64,000 nucleotides of DNA from an uncultured bacterium (lineage in GTDB: Bacteria > Actinomycetota > Coriobacteriia > Coriobacteriales > Coriobacteriaceae): the NCBI GenBank assembly GCA_905214465.1, contig CAJMMD010000001.1, positions 487 to 64,486 on the forward strand, written 5' to 3'. Positions within the stretch are counted from its first letter, which is position 1; each line of letters starts with the position of its first letter. Shown in pieces: positions 1 through 9,171 of the stretch. The position numbers were made by a program, and so were the translations under genes. Below the pieces are notes generated by a model that worked only from the letters and a program-made list of their open reading frames with translations, ran no database searches and was not told the DNA's origin.

Positions 1-61
1 GTATACAAAAAGAGATTCCGGTAACCAGCGCTCGACATTATGTCAATCGATAGGAGGCGCT

Positions 62-328
62 ATGGACGCCAAGCAGCTTGAAAAGATGATGGGGTTTGCC
101 CCCGGAGAGTTGGAGAAAGCCGCGGAGGCATACGAAAAAGATGAATGGCCGAAGGGTCGCACCATCAAGCCGGGAAGGCCGTCGATCTCTGATGAGCCAA
201 GCGTTGTTTTATCGGCACGTGTGGGTAAGTCTGTTCTTGAAGCCTTTGACGCAAAAGCAAAGCGCCATGGGCAAACACGCACGGAGCGACTCAGAGAGCT
301 CATCACGCTCGATGCAATGATTGCTTAG
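62..328 (+). CDS. BrnA-family ribbon-helix-helix (CopG-like) antitoxin
   Basis: 88 aa. The C-terminal half (GRPS..VVLSARVGKSVLEAF..KAKRHGQTRTERLRELI) matches the BrnA/CopG RHH antitoxin pattern. RBS taggagg lies upstream of the ATG. The cognate toxin would be upstream, off the window edge. Confidence 0.55.
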   Translation: MDAKQLEKMMGFAPGELEKAAEAYEKDEWPKGRTIKPGRPSISDEPSVVLSARVGKSVLEAFDAKAKRHGQTRTERLRELITLDAMIA

Positions 329-420
329 ACTCCACTCTCCCGCCGACCCAAACATGTACGCCAGCATCCAAAGTCGACATTTTTCGACATCTTTGAATGC
401 TGGCGTACAGCTTTTTTGCA

Positions 421-480
421 ACATAGTCATCGGGGACGTTCTTAAATGACCAGTCGTTAAAGAACGTCCCCGATAACTAA
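421..480. repeat. ~60-bp hairpin repeat element, copy 1
   Basis: Sequence catagtcatcggggacgttcttaaatgaccagtcgttaaagaacgtccccgataactaacta contains a 15-bp perfect stem (ATCGGGGACGTTCTT / AAGAACGTCCCCGAT). A near-identical copy sits at 45481-45540. It lies between convergent genes and probably also acts as a bidirectional terminator. Confidence 0.6.
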
Positions 481-1440
481 CTAGCCGTGGAAGCGGGCTA
501 TAGGCGCAAGTGGCTGCTCGCGAAAGACACGCTCGACGGCGGCACGGTATTCGTCGACCTTTTTAGTCTTGCGTACGAGCTTGTGAACGGTAGCGGGGTC
601 GGCGAAGGCGCATTTGGCGTAGAACCACCACTCCTTCATGCGAAAGACCGCGTTGCCGCCAATCTCTTCCGCATAGGCCGCAAACAGCATGTCATGGAAA
701 CGCTGCAGTTCGGCTGCCGTGGCAGCAGGGCCACCCTTAACCATGCGAGCCAGCGCGGGGTTCGCGAGCAAGCCGCGTCCCAGCATTACATGGTGCGTGC
801 CGGGATAGGCCTCCACCAGCGCATCCATGTCCTCAAGATCAAAGATGTCGCCGTTATAGGCCACGGGGAATGGCGCGCGATCCAACGTCTCGCCGTAAAA
901 CGCTTTGCGCGGCGAACCCGTATAGCGATCCCTCTGTACACGCGGGTGCACGATCAGCTCTGTCAACGGCATGCGGCAGTACAGATCGAGCACGCGCCCG
1001 TATTCGTCGTCACTCTCCAACCCCAGCCTGGTCTTTACCGACACCGGCAACGGCGACCGCTCGCACACATCGCTCAGGAACACCTCGAGCTCATCGAGGT
1101 TGCGCAGAAAGCCCGACCCTTTGCCCTTCGCGACAACCGTCCCCGAGGGGCAGCCAAGGTTGAGATTGACCTCGCGGTAGCCCATGTCGGCGAGCACGTG
1201 TGCTGCCCACACAAACTCGTCCGCATTCTTGGACATAAGCTGGGGAACGACATTAAGTCCCTGGTTATTGGCAGGATCGATCTCCTTAAACGCCTTGCCG
1301 CCAAAGCGGTTTCCCACCCGCGGCGGCGGCAAAAACGGCGTGTAATAACAATCGAGCGCGCCGAAGCACTCCGCATGCACGCGACGGAACACATGCCCGG
1401 TAATCCCCTCCATAGGGGCCAGCGATAAATACATCAACAT
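481..1440 (-). CDS. tRNA-dihydrouridine synthase (Dus family)
   Basis: 319 aa with MEGITGHVFRR, NLNLGCP and a conserved Cys region typical of the DusB/Dus TIM-barrel flavoenzymes. Confidence 0.85.
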   Translation of the reverse strand: MLMYLSLAPMEGITGHVFRRVHAECFGALDCYYTPFLPPPRVGNRFGGKAFKEIDPANNQGLNVVPQLMSKNADEFVWAAHVLADMGYREVNLNLGCPSGTVVAKGKGSGFLRNLDELEVFLSDVCERSPLPVSVKTRLGLESDDEYGRVLDLYCRMPLTELIVHPRVQRDRYTGSPRKAFYGETLDRAPFPVAYNGDIFDLEDMDALVEAYPGTHHVMLGRGLLANPALARMVKGGPAATAAELQRFHDMLFAAYAEEIGGNAVFRMKEWWFYAKCAFADPATVHKLVRKTKKVDEYRAAVERVFREQPLAPIARFHG

Positions 1441-1454
1441 CCATTCTCAAATCA

Positions 1455-1485
1455 ATGTGACAAAGGGACTGTCCCTTTGTCACAT
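1455..1485. repeat. 31-bp perfect palindrome ATGTGACAAAGGGAC-T-GTCCCTTTGTCACAT, site 1
   Basis: Two 15-bp arms with a 1-nt spacer. It overlaps the LysR stop codon. The same palindrome recurs at 14488, 17952 and 23921. Confidence 0.7.
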
Positions 1486-2361
1486 CCCATTCAAGCGGTT
1501 CAGGAACTCTTCGCAGGCGCGAGAACGCAGGCGATATTTTTTCCACACCAGATACGATGCAATGGTGAGCGGCGGCTCAAACGGGATAAAACGCAGGTCG
1601 CTGCTTTCATCTATCTGCAACAAGCTTCCAATACCAACCGCACATGCGGTGCCCGAACGCACCAGGTGCGACGCGTTGCCGATCAGATCGAAATGCCCCA
1701 CGACGTTGAGGTCATCGAAGCTGAAGACGCCGCCCGACCACACTTCGAGATCGAACGCTCGATTCGAGGTACGCGAACTCACCAGCAGCGGCATCTTCGC
1801 CACGTCCGCAGGCGTTAACACGTCCAGGCCACCCCATGGACCGCTCGCGGCGACAACGGCGCCGGCCCGGTCAGCCTCAGGCATACGGATCCACTCGTAT
1901 TTCTCGACGTTAACGGGCTCCAACAGCAGGGCAAAGTCGAGCAAGCCACGCTCCAAGCGCTCCTCCACCGCATCGGCATTGCCGGTATAGAGCTCAATCG
2001 TCACTCCGGGATGACTCCGATGCAGCTCAGCAAAAGTATCGAGCACCAGCCGCATCGATTTGGTTTCGCCGGCTCCAATGCGGATAACGCCTGCAATGCC
2101 GAGCTCCCGATCCGCCAACTCTAGCTCGGTCTGTTCCACCAGCAAGACAATCTCCTCGGCGCGCTGGCGCAAGCGCATGCCATCGCTCGTGAGCACACAC
2201 GATCGATTGGTGCGCTCGAACAGCTCCACGCCCAGCTCGCGTTCCAAATCGGCTATCTGGCGCGAGAGCGTGGGCTGCGTCACATGTAGCACGTTAGCAG
2301 CTTCGGTCATGTTTTCCTCGCGGGCCACAGCAAGAAAATAACGCAGCGTTCGCAGCTCCAT
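1480..2361 (-). CDS. LysR-family transcriptional regulator
   Basis: N-terminal HTH MELRTLRYFLAVAREENMTEAANVLHVTQPTLSRQIADLE. The start is taken at MELRTL; the track ORF extends 14 codons further upstream. It is divergent from the aldo/keto reductase genes. Confidence 0.85.
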   Translation of the reverse strand: MELRTLRYFLAVAREENMTEAANVLHVTQPTLSRQIADLERELGVELFERTNRSCVLTSDGMRLRQRAEEIVLLVEQTELELADRELGIAGVIRIGAGETKSMRLVLDTFAELHRSHPGVTIELYTGNADAVEERLERGLLDFALLLEPVNVEKYEWIRMPEADRAGAVVAASGPWGGLDVLTPADVAKMPLLVSSRTSNRAFDLEVWSGGVFSFDDLNVVGHFDLIGNASHLVRSGTACAVGIGSLLQIDESSDLRFIPFEPPLTIASYLVWKKYRLRSRACEEFLNRLNGM

Positions 2362-2413
2362 GATTGCTCCTTCGTGCACAACGGAGAACTTCATTCGGTC
2401 CAATTCGTTTCAC

Positions 2414-2428
2414 ATACATAATCCGTAT
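2414..2428. promoter_or_regulatory. Putative LysR box (T-N11-A dyad ATAC..GTAT) in the divergent promoter
   Basis: ATACATAATCCGTAT lies between the divergent LysR and AKR genes. Confidence 0.3.
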
Positions 2429-2511
2429 ATCTAGCTAGTTGCTATAGGAAATATACATTATCAAATCTCGGAACTATCGTTACAGAAGAGAACCAGCGAG
2501 AAAGGAAGCGC

Positions 2512-3360
2512 ATGGAATACATCACGCTCAATAACGGCATCAAAAGCCCCCAGCTAGGACTTGGCACGTATCTGCTTAAACCCGACGATGCCCAATCGTC
2601 GGTTACCTCCGCACTCGGCATGGGGTATGAGCTCATCGACACTGCCAATGCATACGTGAATGAGCGAGCAGTGGGTCGTGGCGTGCGCGAATCAGACTTG
2701 CCACGCGAAAACGTGTTTCTCGAAACCAAGCTCTGGCCCTATTTTTACAACAGCGACACCGCCGTTGACGAAACGCTCGAGCGTCTGAACACACCTTACA
2801 TCGACCTCATGATTCTGCACCAACCCGCAGGCGACTACTTGGCGGGCTATGAGAAGCTTGAGATCGCGTACAAGGAAGGCAAGCTCCGCTCCATCGGAAT
2901 CTCCAATTTCGACGAGAACGAAATCGAGAAGCTTCTCGCAAATTGCGAGATCGTTCCATCCCTTATTCAGGTCGAGTGCCATCCGTATTTCCCGCAGACC
3001 GAACTGAAGAAGCTGCTCGCCCAGCACGACATTGCGTTGCAGGTGTGGTACCCGCTCGGCGGGCGCGGTAACAGCAGCATCATGAACGAACCCGTCGTGC
3101 GCGACCTCGCTGTCAAGTATGGCAAAACGCCTGCTCAAATCATTATGCGTTGGCATATCCAAGAGGGAAATATCGTCATTCCAGGCTCCAAGAATCCGAC
3201 GCACATCGCCGACAACATCGATGTCTTCGACTTCGAGCTCACGGACAGCGACATGACCGCCATGGCTACCCTCGATCGCGGGAAACCCTTCTATGAGCGC
3301 ACGCCCGAGAAGCTTGCGCAATATGCCGCCTGGCACCCCGACGTTGAGAACCAGAAATAG
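2512..3360 (+). CDS. Aldo/keto reductase (2,5-diketo-D-gluconate reductase-like)
   Basis: 282 aa with GLGTY, the IDTANAY motif and the AKR fold pattern. Confidence 0.85.
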   Translation: MEYITLNNGIKSPQLGLGTYLLKPDDAQSSVTSALGMGYELIDTANAYVNERAVGRGVRESDLPRENVFLETKLWPYFYNSDTAVDETLERLNTPYIDLMILHQPAGDYLAGYEKLEIAYKEGKLRSIGISNFDENEIEKLLANCEIVPSLIQVECHPYFPQTELKKLLAQHDIALQVWYPLGGRGNSSIMNEPVVRDLAVKYGKTPAQIIMRWHIQEGNIVIPGSKNPTHIADNIDVFDFELTDSDMTAMATLDRGKPFYERTPEKLAQYAAWHPDVENQK

Positions 3361-3367
3361 GAGCATC

Positions 3368-4387
3368 ATGCAGTACACAACCCTTGGCCATTCCGGCATT
3401 AAAGTCTCTAAACTCTGCCTGGGAGGCATGAGCTTTGGCGAGCCCAGCCCCGACTTTCATCAGTGGACCATCGGACCCGACGGCACACGCGCCGTCATCA
3501 AACGCGCACTCGACACCGGAATCAACTTTATCGATACCGCGAACTGCTACAGCTTTGGCACGAGCGAAGAGTACATTGGCGCCGCCCTGCGCAATCTGGG
3601 AATCGCTCGCGAGAGCGTCGTGCTGGCTAGCAAGGTTCACTTCAACGAGGGCGGCCTTTCCGCCAACGCCATCAAACGCGAGATCGAAGGCTCGCTCAAG
3701 CGCTTGGGCACCGATTACCTAGACCTCTACATCATTCACCGCTTCGATTACGACGTTCCCATGGAAGAGACCATGGAGGCGCTCAACGACTTGGCGCGCG
3801 AGGGCAAGGTTCGCGCGCTCGGCGCCAGCGCTATGTATGCTTACCAGCTGCACAACCTGCAGATCGTCGCGCGCGACCACGGATGGACGCCCTTTACGAG
3901 CATGCAGTGCCACTACAACCTGCTGTACCGAGAGGACGAGCGCGAGATGATCCCGGTGTGCCGCCAGTTTGACATGGCCCTTACGCCATACAGCCCCATG
4001 GCTTCGGGACACCTCTGCCGACCCACGTGGGAAAGCTCGAGCACACGCGGCACCACCGACACGACCATGGCCAACAAGTACGACCATGATCGCGCCATCG
4101 ACATGCCCGTCATTGAGCGCGTGGCCAAGATTGCCGCCGATCACGACGTGCCGATGTCGAGGATTGCGCTGGCATGGCACTGGGCACGTGGTGTGGCGGC
4201 CCCCATCGTGGGCTGCTCCAAGCCCGAGCGCGTCGACGATGCCGTGGCCGAGCTCGACGTAACGCTCTCGCCCGCCGAGATCGAGTTCCTCGAAGAGCTC
4301 TATCAACCGCACGCGCTCGTTGGCCCCAAGGCCCGTCCCGGCGAAAAGCCGCTTGCCGGCACCACCAAGGTCAAAACCACAAAGTGA
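3368..4387 (+). CDS. Aldo/keto reductase (second, larger AKR)
   Basis: The start is MQYTTLGHSGIKVSKLCLGGMSFG, after RBS ggagcatcATG. IDTANCY motif present. The track ORF begins 25 codons upstream, probably spuriously. Confidence 0.85.
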   Translation: MQYTTLGHSGIKVSKLCLGGMSFGEPSPDFHQWTIGPDGTRAVIKRALDTGINFIDTANCYSFGTSEEYIGAALRNLGIARESVVLASKVHFNEGGLSANAIKREIEGSLKRLGTDYLDLYIIHRFDYDVPMEETMEALNDLAREGKVRALGASAMYAYQLHNLQIVARDHGWTPFTSMQCHYNLLYREDEREMIPVCRQFDMALTPYSPMASGHLCRPTWESSSTRGTTDTTMANKYDHDRAIDMPVIERVAKIAADHDVPMSRIALAWHWARGVAAPIVGCSKPERVDDAVAELDVTLSPAEIEFLEELYQPHALVGPKARPGEKPLAGTTKVKTTK

Positions 4388-4391
4388 TGCC

Positions 4392-4631
4392 ATGGACGAC
4401 AACATCATCGACAGCCTACGCGACGCCGGTTGCAGCGAAGAGTTTATCGAGCTATACGGCACTGCTGCCAGCGACTGTGCGCGCATTTGCCTACTAAAAC
4501 GGCATCGCCGCGAATTGCTCAACGATATACACGCGGGGCAACAGAAGCTCGAATGCCTTGACTATCTCATCTATCGGCTACGCAACGCCTCAACCGGATG
4601 CTGTTCAAGCCGCTCGGTATCGCGGCCATGA
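4392..4631 (+). CDS. Small hypothetical protein (79 aa)
   Basis: The ATG lies 2 nt after the AKR stop; no recognisable domain. Uncertain. Confidence 0.3.
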   Translation: MDDNIIDSLRDAGCSEEFIELYGTAASDCARICLLKRHRRELLNDIHAGQQKLECLDYLIYRLRNASTGCCSSRSVSRP

Positions 4632-4690
4632 GGCGGCACTTAATAGCACCTCACCATAAAACCTAACCCTCAGCAACGAAAGGGACTCCA

Positions 4691-5164
4691 ATGGCTAAGA
4701 CACTTGTGGCATATTTCAGCGCATCGGGAACAACGATGGACGTTGCGAGCCGCTTGGCTCGCGTGACGGACAGTGACCTGTTCGCCATTGTGCCCGTCAA
4801 TCCATACACGAGCGCCGACCTCAACTGGCGCGACAAGCAGAGCCGCAGCACACGCGAGGCCGCCGACCCCTCCTGCCGCCCCGCCATAACCTCTAGAGTG
4901 GAGCACATCGAAGGCTACGACACCATCTTTTTGGGTTTCCCCATATGGTGGTACGTGGCACCGGCGATTATCAACACATTCCTTGAGTCTTACGACCTGA
5001 CAGGCAAGACGATCGTCCTGTTTGCCACTTCGGGCGGAAGCGGAATGGGAAAGACGGCGTCGGTCCTTAGGGCAAGCGCTCCGGGTGCAAAGATCGTTGA
5101 CGACGGCATCCTCAACAACGCAAGCAAAGCCGACCTCGAGAAGTTCGCGGCAAGGTACCTCTAA
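4691..5164 (+). CDS. Flavodoxin
   Basis: 157 aa. MAKTLVAYFSASGTT FMN-binding loop and PIWWYVAPAIIN motif. Confidence 0.8.
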   Translation: MAKTLVAYFSASGTTMDVASRLARVTDSDLFAIVPVNPYTSADLNWRDKQSRSTREAADPSCRPAITSRVEHIEGYDTIFLGFPIWWYVAPAIINTFLESYDLTGKTIVLFATSGGSGMGKTASVLRASAPGAKIVDDGILNNASKADLEKFAARYL

Positions 5165-5418
5165 CGCGACAAAGGCCGACAAATCGGCGGGGAAATGCCG
5201 TGGAATAATAGGACCGCGAGCACGGTATCACCGCCAACGGTTGGTTTAGCACCCGACCTTTGCCTTCCCTGGCAAGGACGCGAGCGACGAGCAGCTCGAG
5301 CCCATGAACGACGAGCGGCGCGGCACGCTGGAAGCCCAAGTCGACAATACGCCCAGCCAGAAACGGTCACTCGGCACCACCCGCCCCTCCAACCGACCAC
5401 GTGCAACGAAGACAGCAT

Positions 5419-5460
5419 AACAAGCAAAGGGGCCGCTCCATGGCGGCCCCTTTGCTTGTT
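5419..5460. terminator. Bidirectional intrinsic terminator (GC-rich perfect palindrome)
   Basis: AACAAGCAAAGGGGCCGC-tccatg-GCGGCCCCTTTGCTTGTT followed by ATTTGT. It lies between flavodoxin (+) and the small ORF/mgtA operon (-). Confidence 0.65.
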
Positions 5461-5614
5461 ATTTGTCCTTCGGCAGTGGCTTCATGCTCCAAAAGACGAC
5501 GTTCATAATGACGACAATGACGAGCACGACGCCGTTGGCCACCCAAAAACCCATATTGAGCCCGAGCCACTCCGAGGTACCAAACAGGTCAATCCAAATC
5601 TGCGTCCAGTTCAT
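5459..5614 (-). CDS. 51-aa hydrophobic small membrane protein downstream of mgtA
   Basis: MNWTQIWIDLFGTSEWLGLNMGFWVANGVVLVIVVIMNVVFWSMKPLPKDK, one predicted TM helix. It is below the 60-aa ORF-track cutoff. It begins 28 nt after the mgtA stop. Confidence 0.35.
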   Translation of the reverse strand: MNWTQIWIDLFGTSEWLGLNMGFWVANGVVLVIVVIMNVVFWSMKPLPKDK

Positions 5615-5644
5615 GCGAACGCTCCTCTCATCTCAAATCCCCTG

Positions 5645-8413
5645 TTACAGCAACTCGCCATAGCGCCTGACATAGGCCTTCTTAAGGCTTGTCGCCAACG
5701 CCATATACAGCAAGATGCACGGGATCAGGAACAGGAAGTACTCAACGGGCAGGGCACCCAGACCCAACGTAGGCCCAAGCGGGCTAAACGGAATCACCGT
5801 GAGCAGCGCGATACCCGTCATCGTGAGCAGCATTACCGGCGCTGAGGCGTGGCTCTGGATAAACGGCAGCTTGGGCGTGCGGATCATGTGAATGACCAGC
5901 GTCTGACTCCACATGGACTCGACAAACCAACCGGCTTGGAACAGCGCGATATATGCCAACTGCATCTGCTCCAGCGCAGCGCCCGAGTAAACGTGTGCCA
6001 GATCGTTAAAGAGCACGCCATGGCTCACAAACAGCGGACAGAAGACAAAGTACATAAAGATGTAGGTCATAAAGTCGAAGATGGAGCTGGTGGGACCGAT
6101 CCAGATCATGAACCTGCCGACACTCGACGCATCCCAGGTACGCGGCACGCGCAGGAACTCCTCGTCCACGTTATCCCAGGGAATCGCCAGGCAGCTGCAG
6201 TCATAAATCAAGTTGAGCAAAATCAGCTGGATGCTCATCATGGGCAAAAACGGCAGCAGGGCAGACGCGGCAAGCACGCTAAACATGTTGCCGAAGTTAG
6301 AGCTCGCGGTCATCTTGATGTACTTGATCATGTTAGCGTAGGTCTTACGCCCCTCGATGATGCCCTCCTCGAGCACCATCAGGTCCTTCTCGAGCAAAAT
6401 AATGTCCGCCGACTCCTTGGCAACGTCGACAGCGGTATCGACCGAGATTCCGATATCGGACGACTTCATGGCCGAGGCATCGTTGATGCCGTCACCCATA
6501 TAGCCCACAACATGCCCGTTGTCGCGCAGAACGGAGACGACACGCGCCTTTTGGTCGGGCGTGAGCTTGGCAAACACCTGCACGTCCTCGGCGCGGCGGG
6601 CGAGCTCCGCATCATCCATGGCGGCAATATCGCTGCCCAGCAGCATGTTGTTGACCTGCAGCCCCACCTGCTTGCAGATGGTACGCGTGACCTTCTCGTT
6701 GTCTCCGGTCAAAATCTTGGTGGCGACGCCATGATTGCGCAGTGCCTCGATAGCATCGGCCGTCGACTCTTTGGGCGGATCCAAAAACGCCAGATAGCCG
6801 ATTAGGACCATATCGCACTCGTCTTGGGCGCTAAAGGCGCCGACCGGCGAAGGATTGGACTTTTGCGCAATCGCCAACACGCGAAAACCGTCGTCGTTCA
6901 GATCGGCGACCGTTGCAAGGATGCGCTCGCGCACTTTGCCATCCAGCACGCGAACCGCACCATCGATCTCGGCATGCGAGCACACCGAGAGCATTTCCTC
7001 GACAGCGCCCTTGGTGACCATCTGAGTCTTGCCGCTGCAATCGCGCACCACGGTGGTAAGGCGACGGCGCGCAAAATCAAACGGCACCTCGTCGACCTTT
7101 ACGTATGTCTCCGAAAGATCGGTGAGACTCGGGTCGTTTTGCTCCTCTTCCTCGGTGCACTTGATAATCGCCAGGTCCATGAGGTTCTTGTAGCCCGTCT
7201 GGAAATAGCTGTTGAGATAGGCGTGGCGCAAAACGCGCGAATCCTCCTGACCGTTGATATTCCAGTGATACTCCAGCACCACCTGGTCCTGCGTCAGCGT
7301 GCCGGTCTTGTCCGTGCACAGCACGTCCATGGCGCCAAAGTTCTGAATCGAGTTGAGGTTCTTAACGATGGTCTGTTTTTTGCTCATGGCAACTGCGCCC
7401 TTGGCAAGGCACGTGGTGACAATCATGGGCAGCATCTCGGGCGTAAGACCCACGGTAATGCTGATGGCAAAGAGGCCGGCATCGAGCCAGTTGCCCTTGG
7501 TAACGCCGTTAATCAAAAAGACGAATGGGACCATCACCATCATAAAGCGGATGAGCACCCACGAGACGCCATTGACGCCTTTGGAAAAGCTGGTCTCCAC
7601 GGCGTCATCCGAAAGGCTCGACGCCATCGAACCAAACAGAGTCTGCTCGCCCACGCTAAAGACGGCTGCGGTCGCGCTGCCCGAGATCACGCTGCTGCCC
7701 ATAAGGGCGATATTCTCGAACGACGTTGCCGAATCGGATTCTACACAGGTCGTGGGCATTTTCTCGACAGGCTCGCTCTCACCCGTCAGGCTGGCCTGGC
7801 TCACAAAGAGGTCCTTGGCCTCGATGATTCTCACATCCGCAGGGATCATGTCGCCAGCGGAAAGGTGCACAATGTCGCCGACCACCACATCGTCGATGGG
7901 AATCTCCTCCTTGGGAGCACCCTTTCGAGTGACCGTCACGGTCGTCGTGATCATGTCGAGCAGCTTTTCGGCCGCGTTGCCGCTACGCGCCTCCTGGATA
8001 TAGCGCAACGTGCCCGAAAGCACCACCATCGTGGTGATGATAATCACGGTCAGCGGATCGAAATCTTCCGGCACGCTCCCCATAAGCGAAAGGGCGGGAA
8101 ACACCATGTCCGTTGCCGCCGAGATAATGGCCAGGAAAAATAGGATTGCCGTAAAGGGGTTGACGAAGGCGTCTGCGAGCCTGCGGGCCAGCGACTTATT
8201 CTTGCCGCGCGTGACCACGTTGCGCCCGTTGTCCGCCTCACTGTGTGCGACCTCGTCGCGATCCAGACCACCCAGGTTGGACCCGACCCATGTCATAGCA
8301 TCGCTCAGCGGAATGGTCGCCGCATACTGGATGCGCCCCTCCGCACGATGCCGAATCAAATCGTGCTGCGCTTGAGCCGTCGAAGCCGCACGGTGCATGG
8401 TTAACATCTTCAC
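5645..8413 (-). CDS. mgtA: Mg2+-importing P-type ATPase (MgtA-like)
   Basis: 922 aa. CTDKTGTLT phosphorylation motif, [16 protein letters not shown], ten TM segments, and an MgtA-like C-terminus. GTG/ATG start ambiguity across 8398-8413. Confidence 0.85.
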   Translation of the reverse strand: MKMLTMHRAASTAQAQHDLIRHRAEGRIQYAATIPLSDAMTWVGSNLGGLDRDEVAHSEADNGRNVVTRGKNKSLARRLADAFVNPFTAILFFLAIISAATDMVFPALSLMGSVPEDFDPLTVIIITTMVVLSGTLRYIQEARSGNAAEKLLDMITTTVTVTRKGAPKEEIPIDDVVVGDIVHLSAGDMIPADVRIIEAKDLFVSQASLTGESEPVEKMPTTCVESDSATSFENIALMGSSVISGSATAAVFSVGEQTLFGSMASSLSDDAVETSFSKGVNGVSWVLIRFMMVMVPFVFLINGVTKGNWLDAGLFAISITVGLTPEMLPMIVTTCLAKGAVAMSKKQTIVKNLNSIQNFGAMDVLCTDKTGTLTQDQVVLEYHWNINGQEDSRVLRHAYLNSYFQTGYKNLMDLAIIKCTEEEEQNDPSLTDLSETYVKVDEVPFDFARRRLTTVVRDCSGKTQMVTKGAVEEMLSVCSHAEIDGAVRVLDGKVRERILATVADLNDDGFRVLAIAQKSNPSPVGAFSAQDECDMVLIGYLAFLDPPKESTADAIEALRNHGVATKILTGDNEKVTRTICKQVGLQVNNMLLGSDIAAMDDAELARRAEDVQVFAKLTPDQKARVVSVLRDNGHVVGYMGDGINDASAMKSSDIGISVDTAVDVAKESADIILLEKDLMVLEEGIIEGRKTYANMIKYIKMTASSNFGNMFSVLAASALLPFLPMMSIQLILLNLIYDCSCLAIPWDNVDEEFLRVPRTWDASSVGRFMIWIGPTSSIFDFMTYIFMYFVFCPLFVSHGVLFNDLAHVYSGAALEQMQLAYIALFQAGWFVESMWSQTLVIHMIRTPKLPFIQSHASAPVMLLTMTGIALLTVIPFSPLGPTLGLGALPVEYFLFLIPCILLYMALATSLKKAYVRRYGELL

Positions 8414-8573
8414 TTACTACGCTCCGTTCTATCGATTGCATGCAGAGCAACTTAGCTGCGGCGGTCCTTAACAAGATGGGACCGCGGCGACGCACACCGC
8501 CCTGCGCTTCCGGTACTGTCACTGCCGCTCAAGGTCCTCACCTCTCCTTCGCGTCTGCGACTGTTCACAGCAT

Positions 8574-8620
8574 AGAAAAGCCGCAAGACCAGGCACATGG
8601 CTGGTTTCTTGCGGCTTTCT
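8574..8620 (-). terminator. Intrinsic terminator/attenuator hairpin in the 266-nt region between the regulator and mgtA
   Basis: On the minus strand AGAAAGCCGCAAGA..TCTTGCGGCTTTTCT is followed by a U-rich tract. Either it terminates the upstream ATPase/regulator operon or it is an attenuator in the mgtA leader. Confidence 0.5.
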
Positions 8621-8679
8621 TGCGATTCGGCAAGGATTGTTCTGCTGCTTTCTATTGGCGGGGGCAATAGGCCAAAGCG

Positions 8680-9162
8680 TCATTCCGTCATCTTGTAGCC
8701 CACGCCCCACACGGTTAGCAGGTAGCGCGGGTTGTCGGGCTCGGGCTCGATCTTCTTTCGAATCTTTCGGACAAAGGCCATGATGTTGCTGTCGTCGAGC
8801 AAATACTCGTCCCGCCACACCGCTCGATAGATTTCTTCCTTGCTAAAGACCGTGCCCCTATTGGTGGCCAAAAAGGCAAGGATGTCAAACTCCTTGGGCG
8901 TGAGCGAGGCGGGTGCACCCAAGACCTTCACGGTGCGCGAAGCCAGGTCAATCGACAGCCCGTCGATAACGATGGGCTCTGCGGCGGAACCCGGCTGCGA
9001 ACCCGCGAGCATGAGTTCGACGGATGTGAGTCTGCCCGACGCGACATCGGCAAATATAGGCGCAAGCTCGTGGGCGGCGGCACTGCCGGACGAGAACAGC
9101 GCACCGCTGAGCTCGGCGGCCTCGGCGGGCGTGATCGCTATGTTGGTTCTGTTCGTTTGCAT
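8680..9162 (-). CDS. Winged-helix transcriptional regulator with an OmpR/PhoB-type DNA-binding domain and no receiver domain
   Basis: The C-terminal ~100 aa (LTPKEFDILAFLATNRGTVFSKEEIYRAVW...YLLTVWGVGYKM) is a trans_reg_C wHTH. The N-terminal 60 aa is Ala-rich and is not a REC domain. Confidence 0.7.
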   Translation of the reverse strand: MQTNRTNIAITPAEAAELSGALFSSGSAAAHELAPIFADVASGRLTSVELMLAGSQPGSAAEPIVIDGLSIDLASRTVKVLGAPASLTPKEFDILAFLATNRGTVFSKEEIYRAVWRDEYLLDDSNIMAFVRKIRKKIEPEPDNPRYLLTVWGVGYKMTE

Positions 9163-9171
9163 AGAACCACC

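Noticed and set aside
487-1428. Long opposite-strand ORFs overlapping well-supported genes. Examples: 487-1428 + over dus; 5849-6805 + and 6824-8143 + over mgtA; 15406-17109 + over the ABC transporter; 9460-10239 + and 10252-11058 + over the second ATPase; 32024-33025 - and 33032-36505 - over the topoisomerase genes; 54304-56061 + over guaA; 58428-59579 + over ychF; 59682-60956 + over the ferredoxin gene; 61255-61899 + and 62208-63305 + over the glycerol dehydrogenases.
   Set aside because: These are typical high-GC shadow ORFs. Their translations are Arg/Ala/Gly-rich and low-complexity. The partner strand has clear domain signatures.
1455-1485. 31-bp palindrome as a CRP/FNR- or Rex-type transcription factor site
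   Set aside because: The half-site GTGACAAAGGGAC does not match TGTGA-N6-TCACA or the Rex consensus. It is located after stop codons and between convergent genes, which fits REP/terminator-like elements better.
8414-8679. M-box (Mg2+) riboswitch or mgtL-like proline-rich leader peptide upstream of mgtA
   Set aside because: I could not recognise M-box conserved segments by eye. The only leader ORF in this region is not proline-rich. Kept only as a hairpin/terminator call pending an Infernal scan.
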